Virus record (IMG/VR): IMGVR_UViG_3300027679_000366
Span: 1-64,000 of that record
Direction: 5' to 3' (one strand)
Source: a virus
Lineage: Duplodnaviria > Caudoviricetes
DNA length: 64,000 nt
The first letter of the stretch is position 1; each line of letters opens with the position of its first letter. Position numbers and translations under genes: made by a program. This document shows, one piece after another, positions 37,314 to 47,905 of the stretch. The notes beneath the pieces were generated by a model. The model saw only the letters and a program-made list of their open reading frames with translations, had not been told where the DNA came from and did no database searches.

Positions 37314-37898
37314 TTAGTTTGTCTTTGCAAAAGGTGCGATGTATGTTCCACCGCTAGTTGTACTGGTACGCAATGTGTTGTATACATTTTGAATACCTAC
37401 TGCTTGATTCCACGCATCTTCTAACGCATGGTGTGCTGTAACTGGTGGACGCAGTGGATTGATACCCAAATCAAATGCTGTGCGTACATCACGCACTTCC
37501 CAAAACTTCCAAGGAACAGCACGATTAATTTTACGGAAAACATGTTCGCAAATGATAATGTCAAAACAACTGCCATTACTCCAAACACGTTTTGCGCCCC
37601 AGCAGAATTTGTACAGGCGAGCAAATGCTTCTTCTATATCAATTCTATCATTGGGATCAAAAGCGGCTTCTTGCGCTTCTTTACTTTGTTGAGCCCACCA
37701 TGCAATGGTATCGTCACTTGTTGTTAACCCAATCCTGTCACAGCTATCAACATCTACTCGACAGTAAAAACTATCCATTTTAGGTTCTTGTAGTTCTTTT
37801 CCAAACGGATCAAACTTTACTGCACCAATTGTAAGGATAGTTGAATCTGGTGTAGTATTTAGAGTTTCTAAATCGATCATTACATCTGTATTCGCCAT
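37314..37898 (-). CDS. DEDDh 3'-5' exonuclease
   Basis: MIDLETL...HHALEDA. Confidence 0.9.
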   Translation of the reverse strand: MANTDVMIDLETLNTTPDSTILTIGAVKFDPFGKELQEPKMDSFYCRVDVDSCDRIGLTTSDDTIAWWAQQSKEAQEAAFDPNDRIDIEEAFARLYKFCWGAKRVWSNGSCFDIIICEHVFRKINRAVPWKFWEVRDVRTAFDLGINPLRPPVTAHHALEDAWNQAVGIQNVYNTLRTSTTSGGTYIAPFAKTN

Positions 37899-37951
37899 TT
37901 AAGTTCTTTCTTTATTGTGAACTTAAAGTATAACACAGATATAACGCAATG

Positions 37952-38182
37952 TCAATACATTTTCTTTGGTAAACTCTCTTTTTCGAGCTTCTTGCGCCAA
38001 CGTGCTTTGGCCGCACCTTTGGCACGTTTACGAGCAGTTGTTGGTTTCTCGTAAAACTCTTTCGCACGTAGGTCGTCTAAAATGCCTGCATCTTCAACTT
38101 TACGTTTGAAACGGCGTAGTGCTTGATTAATATTCTCGTTATCTCTAACGGTAATACCTGTACCTTTACTCTTCTGATTCAT
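37952..38182 (-). CDS. rpsU: Ribosomal protein bS21
   Basis: ALRRFKRK...EFYEKPT. Confidence 0.93.
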   Translation of the reverse strand: MNQKSKGTGITVRDNENINQALRRFKRKVEDAGILDDLRAKEFYEKPTTARKRAKGAAKARWRKKLEKESLPKKMY

Positions 38183-38582
38183 CTGAGTCCTCATCATCTT
38201 CTGGGTCAGTAAGTTGTTCAACAATACTGTCCAGGTTATAAATCCTGTTTTTTGAAATTAAATTATATGGTGTAATTTCATCACTAGTTATATAGTATGC
38301 ATTTGGTTGTGCTATTAGAAATGTGATAAACTGTCTTGTGATTGGATCACAGTTATCAACATCTACTATTACCACATCTACCTGCTGTGAAACACTTAAC
38401 ATCCAACTAATATCAGTTTCTTCATGCTCGTACATGAATATGTTTAAATCATCTATGCTTTTACTCAATATTGCTTGAAACTGTTGTTTTACATATATCG
38501 ATGGCTTAACTAACAGATAACTTAAATTCAAATTGAATAGTTTATCCGGCGGTGTTATTACTGTTATTTTTCCTAAGTTCAT
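38166..38582 (-). CDS. Conserved phage hypothetical protein
   Basis: Homolog of 21273-21677; start MNLGK. Confidence 0.85.
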   Translation of the reverse strand: MNLGKITVITPPDKLFNLNLSYLLVKPSIYVKQQFQAILSKSIDDLNIFMYEHEETDISWMLSVSQQVDVVIVDVDNCDPITRQFITFLIAQPNAYYITSDEITPYNLISKNRIYNLDSIVEQLTDPEDDEDSDESEE

Positions 38583-38883
38583 ATATCCTGCTTGCAAAGT
38601 ATTCGATGTCTGATGGCCCATAGTCGTCAAACTTATGTGTACCATCTTGTATAGCTTTAATAAATCGATCTATCTCTAATTCCTGTGATGCATCTATACC
38701 TTCAAATCGATCTTTATCAAACTCTATGTAAAGACGATCCATTGGTTTGAATATATCAACTGAACTTCGATCTTGTATTCTTGCCCAAAGTGTATCAGCA
38801 CCTTGCTCGGCATTTTGTACGTATCCTATTACTCCCGTGTCTTCACTTGCAACTGTCCGTCCGGGTTCTTGATCATGTAAGTC
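38542..38883 (-). CDS. -1 frameshift alternative C-terminus of 38829-40034
   Basis: DLHDQE...YVQNAEQGADTLWARI...[12 protein letters not shown] is open from the A AAA AAG site. Confidence 0.8.
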   Translation of the reverse strand, partial: DLHDQEPGRTVASEDTGVIGYVQNAEQGADTLWARIQDRSSVDIFKPMDRLYIEFDKDRFEGIDASQELEIDRFIKAIQDGTHKFDDYGPSDIEYFASRIYELRKNNSNNTAG

Positions 38884-40034
38884 TTTTTTTTAGACTCGTC
38901 TTCCTGGCCCCATAGTTCAGCTAGTGAAATTGTTTTTGCCGGTGTATCGTTAGCAATAGGTAGTTGGGCATCGGCTTCTACTTTTAAAAGGTGTTCACCC
39001 CTATTAAGTTCAGCTTCAATTTTTTCAGCCTCAACTGCTTTCTCAGCTTCTTCTATCATTGTATTCCATTTTTCTAGCTCTGACTCTGTAGGTACTTCTT
39101 CTACAGGTTCCTCCGGCGCTGTTATATCACCTCCTAGTGCAGTCGACGGTGTTTCGCTTGGAACTTCTTCTGTGTGTGTTTGTTTAATTTCTGTGTTTGG
39201 TTCTTGAATAATAGGAGGAACAATGCCTACTATAGTATTATCTTTATCTACTAGTAATGCACCATCTTTAGATTCTTCTTTACGCCAGCCAAATGTCATT
39301 TGTGCGGCCAGCAACATGATAACTGCTAACGGATCAAATACAACAACAATCATTATGATGATCCATGTTACTGCTTTTTCCAACATGTTTTCATCTGCGC
39401 CATGATCACCGTAGATGAATTTGGCAATGTATTTGATTGGTCCTACTTCAGCTTCTACTTTTCGAACTTCTGCGGCAATTGGAGAACGTTCTTCATTTAA
39501 GGCAACAATTGACTTTTGAGATTTAGCAATGTCAGCCTGTATTTGAGTTCTTTCTTTAGACTGTCGCTGACGCATAGCATTGGCATTAACAGCACCTTGA
39601 TCTGTTTTACTACGAGCAATCGTTTCGTCAATCGTAGCATCCATTTGCTTGAGTGCTTTACGATTGGCTTCAATGTTTTCTCGTTCTGTTTTAATTTTTT
39701 CGTCGTATATGGCAATCTTACTTTGGACATCACCACTGACTAGATTTTGGTCGTTGTGTGCTTTGGAAAGGAATCCAAAAATACCCATACTAGTAATAAG
39801 CATGAGAATAGCCACTGCCAAAATCATGTAATACTTCATGTAAGCAGGAGCACGTTCCCAATTGGCTTTAAGCCAGCTAGCACATACTAGTTTGCCAACC
39901 TCTAGGGCTGATCCCATTACAATGATAGGAATGACTGCCGCGGAAAAGATAGCAGTCAAACCTACTACAGAGTAGTAAATTGCGACTACAGAAATGGTGA
40001 GACCAGTAAGTAGTAATAACCAGGCTAAAATCAT
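38829..40034 (-). CDS. Multi-TM coiled-coil membrane protein (DUF4407-like)
   Basis: Homolog of 19779-21023. Confidence 0.75.
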   Translation of the reverse strand: MILAWLLLLTGLTISVVAIYYSVVGLTAIFSAAVIPIIVMGSALEVGKLVCASWLKANWERAPAYMKYYMILAVAILMLITSMGIFGFLSKAHNDQNLVSGDVQSKIAIYDEKIKTERENIEANRKALKQMDATIDETIARSKTDQGAVNANAMRQRQSKERTQIQADIAKSQKSIVALNEERSPIAAEVRKVEAEVGPIKYIAKFIYGDHGADENMLEKAVTWIIIMIVVVFDPLAVIMLLAAQMTFGWRKEESKDGALLVDKDNTIVGIVPPIIQEPNTEIKQTHTEEVPSETPSTALGGDITAPEEPVEEVPTESELEKWNTMIEEAEKAVEAEKIEAELNRGEHLLKVEADAQLPIANDTPAKTISLAELWGQEDESKKKTYMIKNPDGQLQVKTRE

Positions 40035-40036
40035 TA

Positions 40037-40612
40037 TTAAGCGTTAATTACAGTGACAGTATCAATTAATGAAACAGTAACAGTACCAAGTGTATTGGTA
40101 GCTGTACTGGCGGCTGAGACTGTAAGGCTTAGTTGTGTACCTTCAGCAGTAGTTGGATCATATACTCTACATGAAGCTGATGTTTCTTGACGAATTGCAT
40201 TAGCAACTGTGTTTTTAACGTATAGTGCTTTTGTAGTAATTGATCCACCGGCAATATCAGTTCCAGTAGTTGGAATGTATGCATCGCGCTCAAATTTAAC
40301 TGTGAACGTACATGATGTAGCTTGGTCATCGCCTACAGTTTCGCCTGCCATAGTAACATCTAAAATCTGGCAGTCGGTTAATCCTGTTAAGGCGTTGATA
40401 ATGTTGCGGAAACGCATATTACCCCTAGCACGGGCTTTACCCTTGACTAGTGTGGTTGGTGCAGTTGCAAGTGCGTCCCAGCCGTTTGAAGTAATACCAC
40501 CGTTGGTATTACCGTCAGCAGTTGGGTAATAGGTAGCTGAGCTAGTATCGATCGCTACTCTATAGAAGTTTGGTTGTAATTGGTTTGAATCTTGTTGGAA
40601 TCCTGATGGCAT
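40037..40612 (-). CDS. Probable virion structural protein
   Basis: Homolog of 19187-19771. Confidence 0.65.
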   Translation of the reverse strand: MPSGFQQDSNQLQPNFYRVAIDTSSATYYPTADGNTNGGITSNGWDALATAPTTLVKGKARARGNMRFRNIINALTGLTDCQILDVTMAGETVGDDQATSCTFTVKFERDAYIPTTGTDIAGGSITTKALYVKNTVANAIRQETSASCRVYDPTTAEGTQLSLTVSAASTATNTLGTVTVSLIDTVTVINA

Positions 40613-40700
40613 TGTATGCTCCTTAATATCTTATATTTATCAGTAAAACACCTGTTAGCTGATTATATACTAACAGGGTTTCACTTTACAATCTTTTTGA

Positions 40701-41036
40701 CTACTTAAACACAATTAAAGCAAGTAAACTTGCTTGGACAAAAAATCCAAGCCCGATTGTTACGATATTGAGTAAATCCTTTTGAATTGTTGCTTTAACA
40801 AAAAATAAGAACAAACCTAGCCAGCTAAACAAGACCATGTCAACTGGTGGCATTTTCTCTGTTAATCCAGTCATAACAGCAATCATTGTGGGGATTGTTG
40901 CTAAGTGCAATAGCACTACAGCAATCCATCCTGCGGTTTCTGCACTAATTTGCGGTGCATGTTCTTTAATGTTTTTAACCCAAAGATCTAAATTAAATAA
41001 ATCCTGTGTATATTTCTTAAATTGTGATGTATTCAT
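40701..41036 (-). CDS. Small three-TM membrane protein
   Basis: Homolog of 18756-19103. Confidence 0.7.
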   Translation of the reverse strand: MNTSQFKKYTQDLFNLDLWVKNIKEHAPQISAETAGWIAVVLLHLATIPTMIAVMTGLTEKMPPVDMVLFSWLGLFLFFVKATIQKDLLNIVTIGLGFFVQASLLALIVFK

Positions 41037-41044
41037 TTTAATCC

Positions 41045-41575
41045 TCATTTGTAAAAAATATGTCGACCAACTTTAGCTACTTTTTCTTTATTCCACTTTG
41101 GATTGATATAGTCCCCGTGAAAGTAAAGTGCGTTTTTAATGGAAGGTAATCTAAAGCCCTCTAATAGAACTTTCTTTGCTACTTCCATACTTTCTGTGTA
41201 TACTGCACCATTCATTGGTTTCTTTAATGTTGCAGTTTCACAGTACCAGCTGAACTGGCATAATACTTTTTCGTATACTATATTCTTTTGGTATACTACT
41301 TGGCAAATGTCACTGGGAAATTGCCCACTTTCTGCTCTGTTGATTGTAACTTGGGCTACTGCGACCTTGCCTTCAAAAGGTTCGTAACCTGCTTCATAGT
41401 ATATGTTACGAGCTAGACAGTCTAGTTGTTTCTGTCTTAATTCTGCTGTAACCGGACTCGCATATTGGCGAGCTGTTTTTAGGGTATCCAGTTTGTAATT
41501 AACTGCCTTATACCCTGCTAGTCCTACTAGCACCATTGCTAAAATAAAGACTATTGTTTTGATAATGCGTATCAT
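41045..41575 (-). CDS. SleB-like cell wall hydrolase
   Basis: CLARNIYYEA...QFSWY. Confidence 0.92.
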   Translation of the reverse strand: MIRIIKTIVFILAMVLVGLAGYKAVNYKLDTLKTARQYASPVTAELRQKQLDCLARNIYYEAGYEPFEGKVAVAQVTINRAESGQFPSDICQVVYQKNIVYEKVLCQFSWYCETATLKKPMNGAVYTESMEVAKKVLLEGFRLPSIKNALYFHGDYINPKWNKEKVAKVGRHIFYK

Positions 41576-41702
41576 ATGTTTTTCTCCTTTACGCTGGATC
41601 ACGAAATCGCTAGTTCCGTCATTATAAAATATGGCTCTGATACATCTCCTTGTGCGTTAAAAGCCTCACTGCTTTTGGTACCCCAAACCTATGAGGTACA
41701 AT
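41576..41702 (-). ncRNA. Candidate structured leader RNA
   Basis: Counterpart of 18088-18216 with changes compatible with the structure. Confidence 0.55.
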
Positions 41703-41757
41703 AAGTAATTATCCAAAAAATACTCCTGAATAACTACTACTTTATACTTAGCATCAG

Positions 41758-42150
41758 TTATCTCCGCATTCGAGAAATATCTACTGCCTGTTCATCACTA
41801 AACACTGGCACTGCATTACTCTTATGCATGGTAGCAATGCCTTTTACCATGGTACCTGTATAAACTTTTGGGGGCTTAACAGTACATGCTCCACCACTAA
41901 ATGGTAAACTTGGATGTTTGACATCGGTACCGTATCTACTGTATGGTTTGTTATCCGGTTTCCAAACTTCACTAGTCATAGCACGTTTGCGTTTCTTTTC
42001 TTCAGCTTCAATGCCCCAACGCTTTTGAAATTCTTTCCAACTTTCTTCTTGCTCACGAGCCTTCCTTGCGTGATCAGCGGAAGCGAATTTCTTTTTACCT
42101 TTTTTCTTGCCAGTGGTACTGAGCCACGGCCCTTCTAAATGCATACTCAT
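41758..42150 (-). CDS. Conserved basic phage protein
   Basis: KGIATMHKSNAVPVF. Confidence 0.85.
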   Translation of the reverse strand: MSMHLEGPWLSTTGKKKGKKKFASADHARKAREQEESWKEFQKRWGIEAEEKKRKRAMTSEVWKPDNKPYSRYGTDVKHPSLPFSGGACTVKPPKVYTGTMVKGIATMHKSNAVPVFSDEQAVDISRMRR

Positions 42151-42190
42151 AATTTTATCCTAAGATATCGAACATAGGACTATTATATAA

Positions 42191-42859
42191 TTACTTTTGG
42201 TATTTGTCAACCAGTATTTTTTCGTTATGCCAAACTTCACTCATCGGTGTGTTTTTGAACTCTTCAAAGCAAGGCGTTCCCAATGTGTAGTGGATTAATT
42301 TGGCGGCTTTGTTGGATCCAAACTCATCTGCTAACCAATTCCATTCTATCGGAAGCTCGCCAATTAGATCATCAGCTAACCAACTAAATCGATGCACTTC
42401 CGGCCCAGTTGCTGTTTGAATAAATTCAGGAGTTATCACTCGATTAGCAATGTGGCCGCAATTCCAAAGTATAACGCTACTCCAATTTTTTCTAGGATAG
42501 TCTTCGTTCTTTGCTCCTAGATATTTTTGAGATTGTTTAGTTTTATAATTGTGTTTGACTACCATTACTGCTTTTGATTCGTCTTTTAAATTCCATAGTT
42601 TATCAATATCATCTTGTAACACCATGTCACCGTCAATAAAAATAGCCCAACCTTTATAATTCATTAAGTTTGGAACTAAAAATCTAGTATATACAAACTC
42701 ATTGCTACCGTCAGTGTGGGTTTCTACGTAGTTTGCCAATAATGTTAAAGACAACGGAATGATGTTAATAGGTTTTGTAGCATGTCTAATTATGCTGTTA
42801 GAGCATACATGATATGCTATTGTCTCATTGGTATCATACCCAATAAAAATTGAAATCAT
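42191..42859 (-). CDS. GT-A (family 8-like) glycosyltransferase, arm B only
   Basis: IFIGYD, F.YTRFLVP, FIDGDM (DxD), RKNWSSV, IHYTLGTP. Confidence 0.85.
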   Translation of the reverse strand: MISIFIGYDTNETIAYHVCSNSIIRHATKPINIIPLSLTLLANYVETHTDGSNEFVYTRFLVPNLMNYKGWAIFIDGDMVLQDDIDKLWNLKDESKAVMVVKHNYKTKQSQKYLGAKNEDYPRKNWSSVILWNCGHIANRVITPEFIQTATGPEVHRFSWLADDLIGELPIEWNWLADEFGSNKAAKLIHYTLGTPCFEEFKNTPMSEVWHNEKILVDKYQK

Positions 42860-43710
42860 GTTATCACCGTTTTAGGCGGATCAACTTTGACCTTATGATT
42901 GACTATTAAAGTGTCTGATGCAAATGATTTACCAATTATTGCTAAAATTAGAGCTTTGCATATTAGGCCGGGCATATCTTGTATCAATGATTCGTTGTTA
43001 AAATATATTTGTATGCTTGCATCTTTTTCGCTAGTGTACCAAGGCTTAAGAACATCAATATTAGAAAATACAGTAAAAGACGAACTCTGAAGTCGCTGAT
43101 GTATAAACTGTTGCCATGTTGATGTATTAGGACTTACGGAAAACGCATCGAGATTAATGTGTGGAATTATTGAACAGTGATCTGCTACTAATTGAAATTC
43201 TAACGTATTATTTTCTAACAACTTGTCTTTATCAAACAGTTGCATCGACTTGAGAAAATCAAAATCAACGCCGCCTGTATTGAAATATAAACAGTTTATT
43301 GGCGTGGTGTTGTGGAATAGTTTTATAATATGGCCACGAGCTGTACCCGGGTGTACTACATTTTGTTGTATTCTTGGATTGTAATGAACAGCTATCGGGT
43401 GAGTAAATCCGTTCTTTAAAAAAGAATAGGCTAGCCAACATATTTTAGGAAACACATGGTTGGTACCTGCGGATTTAGAATTATCTTGGAGATAATGTTT
43501 AGCCTGAAAAAATTGCTTTATAGGATTTAACAGATCAACAGAATCTCTCAATAACAAATGACTCTTATCAATGTCACCTATATATAAATTTTCTGTTGTT
43601 CTCTTATATTTGTAAAAAAACTCTATCCGTTCTGTTATACCAGCAATTGGAATTAGTTCGTGATTAAACTGACTACGATCTAGTATAGTGTAAGGATAGA
43701 ACTTTTTCAT
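42856..43710 (-). CDS. Hypothetical AT-rich protein, arm B only
   Basis: 284-aa ORF coupled to the glycosyltransferase; GFTHPI...VHPGTAR is weakly ParB-like. Confidence 0.65.
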   Translation of the reverse strand: MKKFYPYTILDRSQFNHELIPIAGITERIEFFYKYKRTTENLYIGDIDKSHLLLRDSVDLLNPIKQFFQAKHYLQDNSKSAGTNHVFPKICWLAYSFLKNGFTHPIAVHYNPRIQQNVVHPGTARGHIIKLFHNTTPINCLYFNTGGVDFDFLKSMQLFDKDKLLENNTLEFQLVADHCSIIPHINLDAFSVSPNTSTWQQFIHQRLQSSSFTVFSNIDVLKPWYTSEKDASIQIYFNNESLIQDMPGLICKALILAIIGKSFASDTLIVNHKVKVDPPKTVIT

Positions 43711-43717
43711 TCAGCAT

Positions 43718-43912
43718 TTATTTAACAGCTGGTTTACGAGCGTTTTTAGTTGCTGTAACATCGTTACGAATGTCTTTACATAACTTGGCCAATTCTTGGC
43801 AATGCTTACGAACGCGAGTACCAGCGGCACCAACTTCCTTATCGTAAAACTTTTCAAAGTCGCCTTCCATTGCCTCTACTAACGCTGTGAATTCTTGATA
43901 TCTATTAGCCAT
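43718..43912 (-). CDS. Histone H1-like Hc1 family protein
   Basis: Homolog of 16681-16875. Confidence 0.7.
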   Translation of the reverse strand: MANRYQEFTALVEAMEGDFEKFYDKEVGAAGTRVRKHCQELAKLCKDIRNDVTATKNARKPAVK

Positions 43913-43993
43913 TTTTAATTCTCCTTTAATGGTGAGTAATTTTTACTCTACTACTAATTTAGCAGATGTAATGTGTGTTGTCAATCTTTTTGA

Positions 43994-44263
43994 TTAAGGG
44001 CCGGCAAATACGTTTGAACTAGCTAGACCAATTGTAAAACCTTTTGCGGTTACTGATCCCACCACTGCCACTGGCTGATTTTCAGCGAATACTTTCATTG
44101 ACGGAGTACTAACTATGACATCGCCAGCATTTGGAGGGCCGCCAATTGTACTACCGTTTATCACAGCAGTTGCTCTATTATTAACTTGTACTGAATCTGC
44201 GCCGGTTGCAATCAATCCACCTGCATGATCTATATTAATTCGACCTACGCCTTTCTTTGCCAT
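43994..44263 (-). CDS. PAAR-like protein
   Basis: ATGADSVQVN, VFAENQPVA, ASSNVFAG. Confidence 0.7.
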   Translation of the reverse strand: MAKKGVGRINIDHAGGLIATGADSVQVNNRATAVINGSTIGGPPNAGDVIVSTPSMKVFAENQPVAVVGSVTAKGFTIGLASSNVFAGP

Positions 44264-44264
44264 A

Positions 44265-44936
44265 CTATAAGCCGCCTTTTATCTTAGCCCATAGAGATTG
44301 AGCAGACGAGCTAATTTGCGCACCGATAGTATCGATAGAGTCTGATATCCATTTGGCCACAGTTTTGTATGCATTAGATCCTGTTATCCAAGTTCCCACT
44401 TCGGCAACACTACTGCTAACAAATCCAATTGCTAATCCAGAAGCTCTAGAAGCTGATTGTATTAAGTTACCGTTTATTATAGCAGTTTTGAATTGGTCGT
44501 CTAGCGGTTTCATAACTGGCTTATCGGGTGAGGCCGCCTGATAAAAATTATTAATTTCTATTTGACTTGCGGCAGCTATTGTTAATGTTGCACCGTGTGT
44601 AGATTTAGTAGTGGCAACACTTCCAGTTGCGATATTAAGGTCGCTTAAAAACTTTGCTATTTCTTTTTTCCTATCAGCCATGCTTGCTAGACTGTCATTA
44701 ACTCCAGACAATACTCCAGCTATAGTTAATGGGGTTACACCGTTTCCTAATTGTAGCATTAAACTGGCAATCAATGAAGATAACACCAAAGCCTCAGCTT
44801 CAATTCTAGCGGCATAATCGTTAGTAACGGTAACTTGAACTGGAACAAACGGAGGCAACGGCCCAATTGAATAAGGTTGATTACTTGTACCGGGTTGTGG
44901 ACTAGCAACAAAAACTTGTTTTTGACCGTAAGCCAT
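44265..44936 (-). CDS. Hypothetical late protein (tandem paralog 2)
   Basis: LSG.N.SLA..AD, LSDLN..TGSVA, AASQIE, GTWI.G..AY.TVA.W shared with 44936-45571. Confidence 0.75.
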   Translation of the reverse strand: MAYGQKQVFVASPQPGTSNQPYSIGPLPPFVPVQVTVTNDYAARIEAEALVLSSLIASLMLQLGNGVTPLTIAGVLSGVNDSLASMADRKKEIAKFLSDLNIATGSVATTKSTHGATLTIAAASQIEINNFYQAASPDKPVMKPLDDQFKTAIINGNLIQSASRASGLAIGFVSSSVAEVGTWITGSNAYKTVAKWISDSIDTIGAQISSSAQSLWAKIKGGL

Positions 44937-45571
44937 TATGCAGAAGATCCGCCCTTGGCTTTGGCAAACAGTGATGATACACTAGGTGGCAACACTCCAA
45001 GAATTGAGTCAGCGGCATCAGATAACCAACCTGCAACGGTAGTATATGCTTTAGTCCCGGCAATCCAAGTACCTAGCGCCGCTGTATTAGTTGTGATATA
45101 GTCTGTGACTATGCCACCTACAACTGCGGCTTGGTTAAGTGATATGCCATTGATCACGCTGGTTTTTATTTGTGCAGGTAGTGTAGGCAGTACTGGCTCA
45201 GGCAAGTCTGCACGTTTTAATGCGTCCAGTGTGGCCTGCTTTTGAAAGTTATTCTGCTCAATCTGACTTGCGGCGGCCATTGCTGTTACCGCAGTTAGCG
45301 ACGATTGTGCGACTGCTACTGATCCTGTGGAAACATTAAGATCGCTAAGTTTTTTAGCAATCAATTTATCAGCATCGGCAATATTAGCAAGACTACTGTT
45401 AATACCAGATAAAATAGCAAGTAGTGTGCCGGGTGCTTCAGTGTTACCAATTTGCAAAATAATAGAATTAAAAGCAGCCTGTTGTGCTAGTGTTTGGTTA
45501 AAGATAGCAACGGCTGCATCGTCGGTTACTGTAGCCGTTCCAGGCCCTGTCATGGTTACTACACTTGGCAT
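44936..45571 (-). CDS. Hypothetical late protein (tandem paralog 1)
   Basis: Syntenic with and similar to 15573-16337. Confidence 0.75.
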   Translation of the reverse strand: MPSVVTMTGPGTATVTDDAAVAIFNQTLAQQAAFNSIILQIGNTEAPGTLLAILSGINSSLANIADADKLIAKKLSDLNVSTGSVAVAQSSLTAVTAMAAASQIEQNNFQKQATLDALKRADLPEPVLPTLPAQIKTSVINGISLNQAAVVGGIVTDYITTNTAALGTWIAGTKAYTTVAGWLSDAADSILGVLPPSVSSLFAKAKGGSSA

Positions 45572-45593
45572 GTCATATCTCCTAAATTAATAT

Positions 45594-45884
45594 TTATATC
45601 AGCTTAATGCCCGATGTTGATTCGATAAATTGTTTAGCGAATTGCTTGTCAGTTGCTTCTGCTACTGTAACTGTGGATTTTGACAATTTAACTTCTTTGT
45701 CTGGATGTACTGTAAACAAGTAAGGCATTAAGCCCGGGCCCTTTTCGCCCATACCAATAACCATTGGACGGCTTAGTTTATAATAAAGAGCACCATCTTC
45801 TATTAGTTTAGCAACTAGCTCTTCACCGCTTGTTAGTTTAAAGGTGACTACTTCACCTTCGCATACGCCTTTGTCAATTAACAT
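45594..45884 (-). CDS. Conserved T4-like phage small protein
   Basis: Homolog of 15255-15545. Confidence 0.7.
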   Translation of the reverse strand: MLIDKGVCEGEVVTFKLTSGEELVAKLIEDGALYYKLSRPMVIGMGEKGPGLMPYLFTVHPDKEVKLSKSTVTVAEATDKQFAKQFIESTSGIKLI

Positions 45885-45886
45885 GT

Positions 45887-46129
45887 TTATCCTTTGAGTG
45901 TGTTAAAAAATTCTTCGTCTTTGCCAGCTAGGCCTTGATAGCCTCCTGGTAGGAGAACGCCGTCCTTGAAAATCTGTGGAACGCTACGCAACCCTTGCTC
46001 CGTTAGGAACTCACGTGCGCTTGGTTCGTCTTCCATTTTAATAACTTTAAATGGAATTTCTTTGCTTTCTAATAATGCCATTGCTCTATCGCAAAATGGG
46101 CAATTATTTTTACTGTAAACTGTAATCAT
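45887..46129 (-). CDS. grx: Glutaredoxin
   Basis: CPFC, SVPQIF. Confidence 0.93.
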   Translation of the reverse strand: MITVYSKNNCPFCDRAMALLESKEIPFKVIKMEDEPSAREFLTEQGLRSVPQIFKDGVLLPGGYQGLAGKDEEFFNTLKG

Positions 46130-46138
46130 ATTTCTCTC

Positions 46139-47239
46139 TTATAATGCTGGTAACTCATTGTAGTCAATAGCATCACCCATGACTCCAATAACGTAATTGG
46201 TTGATTCACTTTCCTGTAGTGCAGTTTGTTTCTTGCTGGTATCAACGTGTTTGTTGAACCAAGGAATAGGAGTTGACTTTGGAGCAGGGTTATTGTATTT
46301 GATGCCAATATCTTTAAGTGCGCCCACTGCTGTATAGTCCACAAAGTCTTTTAAAATATTAGCATTCAAACCAATCACTGGTCCTTTGTTAAACAAATAA
46401 GTTGCCCAGTCCTTCTCTTCACGAATGACATCCATGTACAATGCATATACTTCTGCTTGACATTCGTCTCGAGCTTCAGCGAACCTGGGGTCTTCTTTAA
46501 CCACTTGATTGATCAAGTAAGCAGTCCAGCCCTTGTGTAGCAGTTCGTCTTGTAGAATCAAACTGATAATATTGCCATTACCGATAAAGATTTTATTCTC
46601 TACCATGGCCAAACTTGTAGCAAAGCTAACCATAAAGCGGAACGCTTCTAGAGCATAACTGGCGTGAAGTGCCAGGTAGATTGCTTTAACATGTTCTTTT
46701 TCAGTAACTGCTTCGCCTAGTTGTTTACGACAGTTGACCATATGTAATGCTTCGTAGTAGTTGCCAACGCTTGAAGCCATTTCTACAATTTCTTTAGTGT
46801 CATGGATTGTATTAAACACATCCTTAGGTACATTGTAGATGTTACGGATAATGTGGCTATAACTCTTGCTGTGAATGTTAGTTTCAAAGAACGTCCAGTT
46901 ATAAACTAATGCTTCTAGTTCAGGCAAGCTAATTACTGGCATAAAGATTTGGCTTGGGCCACGTCCCTGTAAACTATCTAATGCGGTCTGGCGTAGCAAG
47001 TTGCTAGTAAAGATGTGCTTGACCGCATCACTGGCATCCTTAAAGTCATTTGAATCTTTCGTTAGGCTAATCTCTTCTGGTTGCCAAAAGAAACCACGTG
47101 CCGTTGCTTCAAAATCTGCGATCTTTTTATACTTGACTTCTTCGAATCGTTGTATGGTTACTGGACCTGCAGGATCCAGAAACATTTTGCGATTAAGATA
47201 GTCTGTCTTTGTTGTTAAATTATATTGTTGTTTACTCAT
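46139..47239 (-). CDS. nrdB: Ribonucleotide reductase beta subunit
   Basis: FFWQPEEI, ETNIHSKSY, DELLH. Confidence 0.96.
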   Translation of the reverse strand: MSKQQYNLTTKTDYLNRKMFLDPAGPVTIQRFEEVKYKKIADFEATARGFFWQPEEISLTKDSNDFKDASDAVKHIFTSNLLRQTALDSLQGRGPSQIFMPVISLPELEALVYNWTFFETNIHSKSYSHIIRNIYNVPKDVFNTIHDTKEIVEMASSVGNYYEALHMVNCRKQLGEAVTEKEHVKAIYLALHASYALEAFRFMVSFATSLAMVENKIFIGNGNIISLILQDELLHKGWTAYLINQVVKEDPRFAEARDECQAEVYALYMDVIREEKDWATYLFNKGPVIGLNANILKDFVDYTAVGALKDIGIKYNNPAPKSTPIPWFNKHVDTSKKQTALQESESTNYVIGVMGDAIDYNELPAL

Positions 47240-47240
47240 T

Positions 47241-47897
47241 TTAATATTTTCCTGATGCAAGTACTATCTTGCAAATGTGTTCTAATCTTTCTATGTGCTC
47301 ATAGGCACGCCAAGGAGTGTTACCAATGGCTACTACACCGTGTCCTTTGATTCCTACTATATCAAACTTGATGTTACCTTCGCGGTCAAGTCCCAAGTTA
47401 CGATGACACGCTTCGCCCAATTCTTCACTGATCGGAGCAACGTCTCCCACATTAGATGCTACTTTAGTATAACGATTAAGTTCGGGAAAACTATCACTGA
47501 CAGTGCCCAAGTCGATGCCGGCATGCATGGCCGCAATGCAGTAAGTTGGATGAACGTGTACAACTACCCGCACATCGTCTTTGTGCTGTCCTAATTCTTT
47601 CTGTAGTCCAAAATGCAAAGGCATCTCACCACTAGGTTCCAAGTTGCCTGATAAGTCTGTTTGTTCAATGACTTCCCAATTATAGTTAAAAGCACCATTG
47701 CCAACACCACTGTTAATTGTTCTCCAGATTTTAATCTTCTTGAACATCTCTGGTTGCATCTGTTGTTTACGCACACCACTTGGTGTTACATAAAAATGAT
47801 CACGGTCATGATGGCGTATAGAAATGTTACCATCTCTACTAGTAATCCAATTACGCTTGTAAGCGTCTACTAAAATATCACAACAAGTTTCTAACAT
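47241..47897 (-). CDS. Class II aldolase/adducin family protein
   Basis: Near-identical protein to 13242-13898. Confidence 0.9.
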   Translation of the reverse strand: MLETCCDILVDAYKRNWITSRDGNISIRHHDRDHFYVTPSGVRKQQMQPEMFKKIKIWRTINSGVGNGAFNYNWEVIEQTDLSGNLEPSGEMPLHFGLQKELGQHKDDVRVVVHVHPTYCIAAMHAGIDLGTVSDSFPELNRYTKVASNVGDVAPISEELGEACHRNLGLDREGNIKFDIVGIKGHGVVAIGNTPWRAYEHIERLEHICKIVLASGKY

Positions 47898-47905
47898 TAT
47901 TATCC

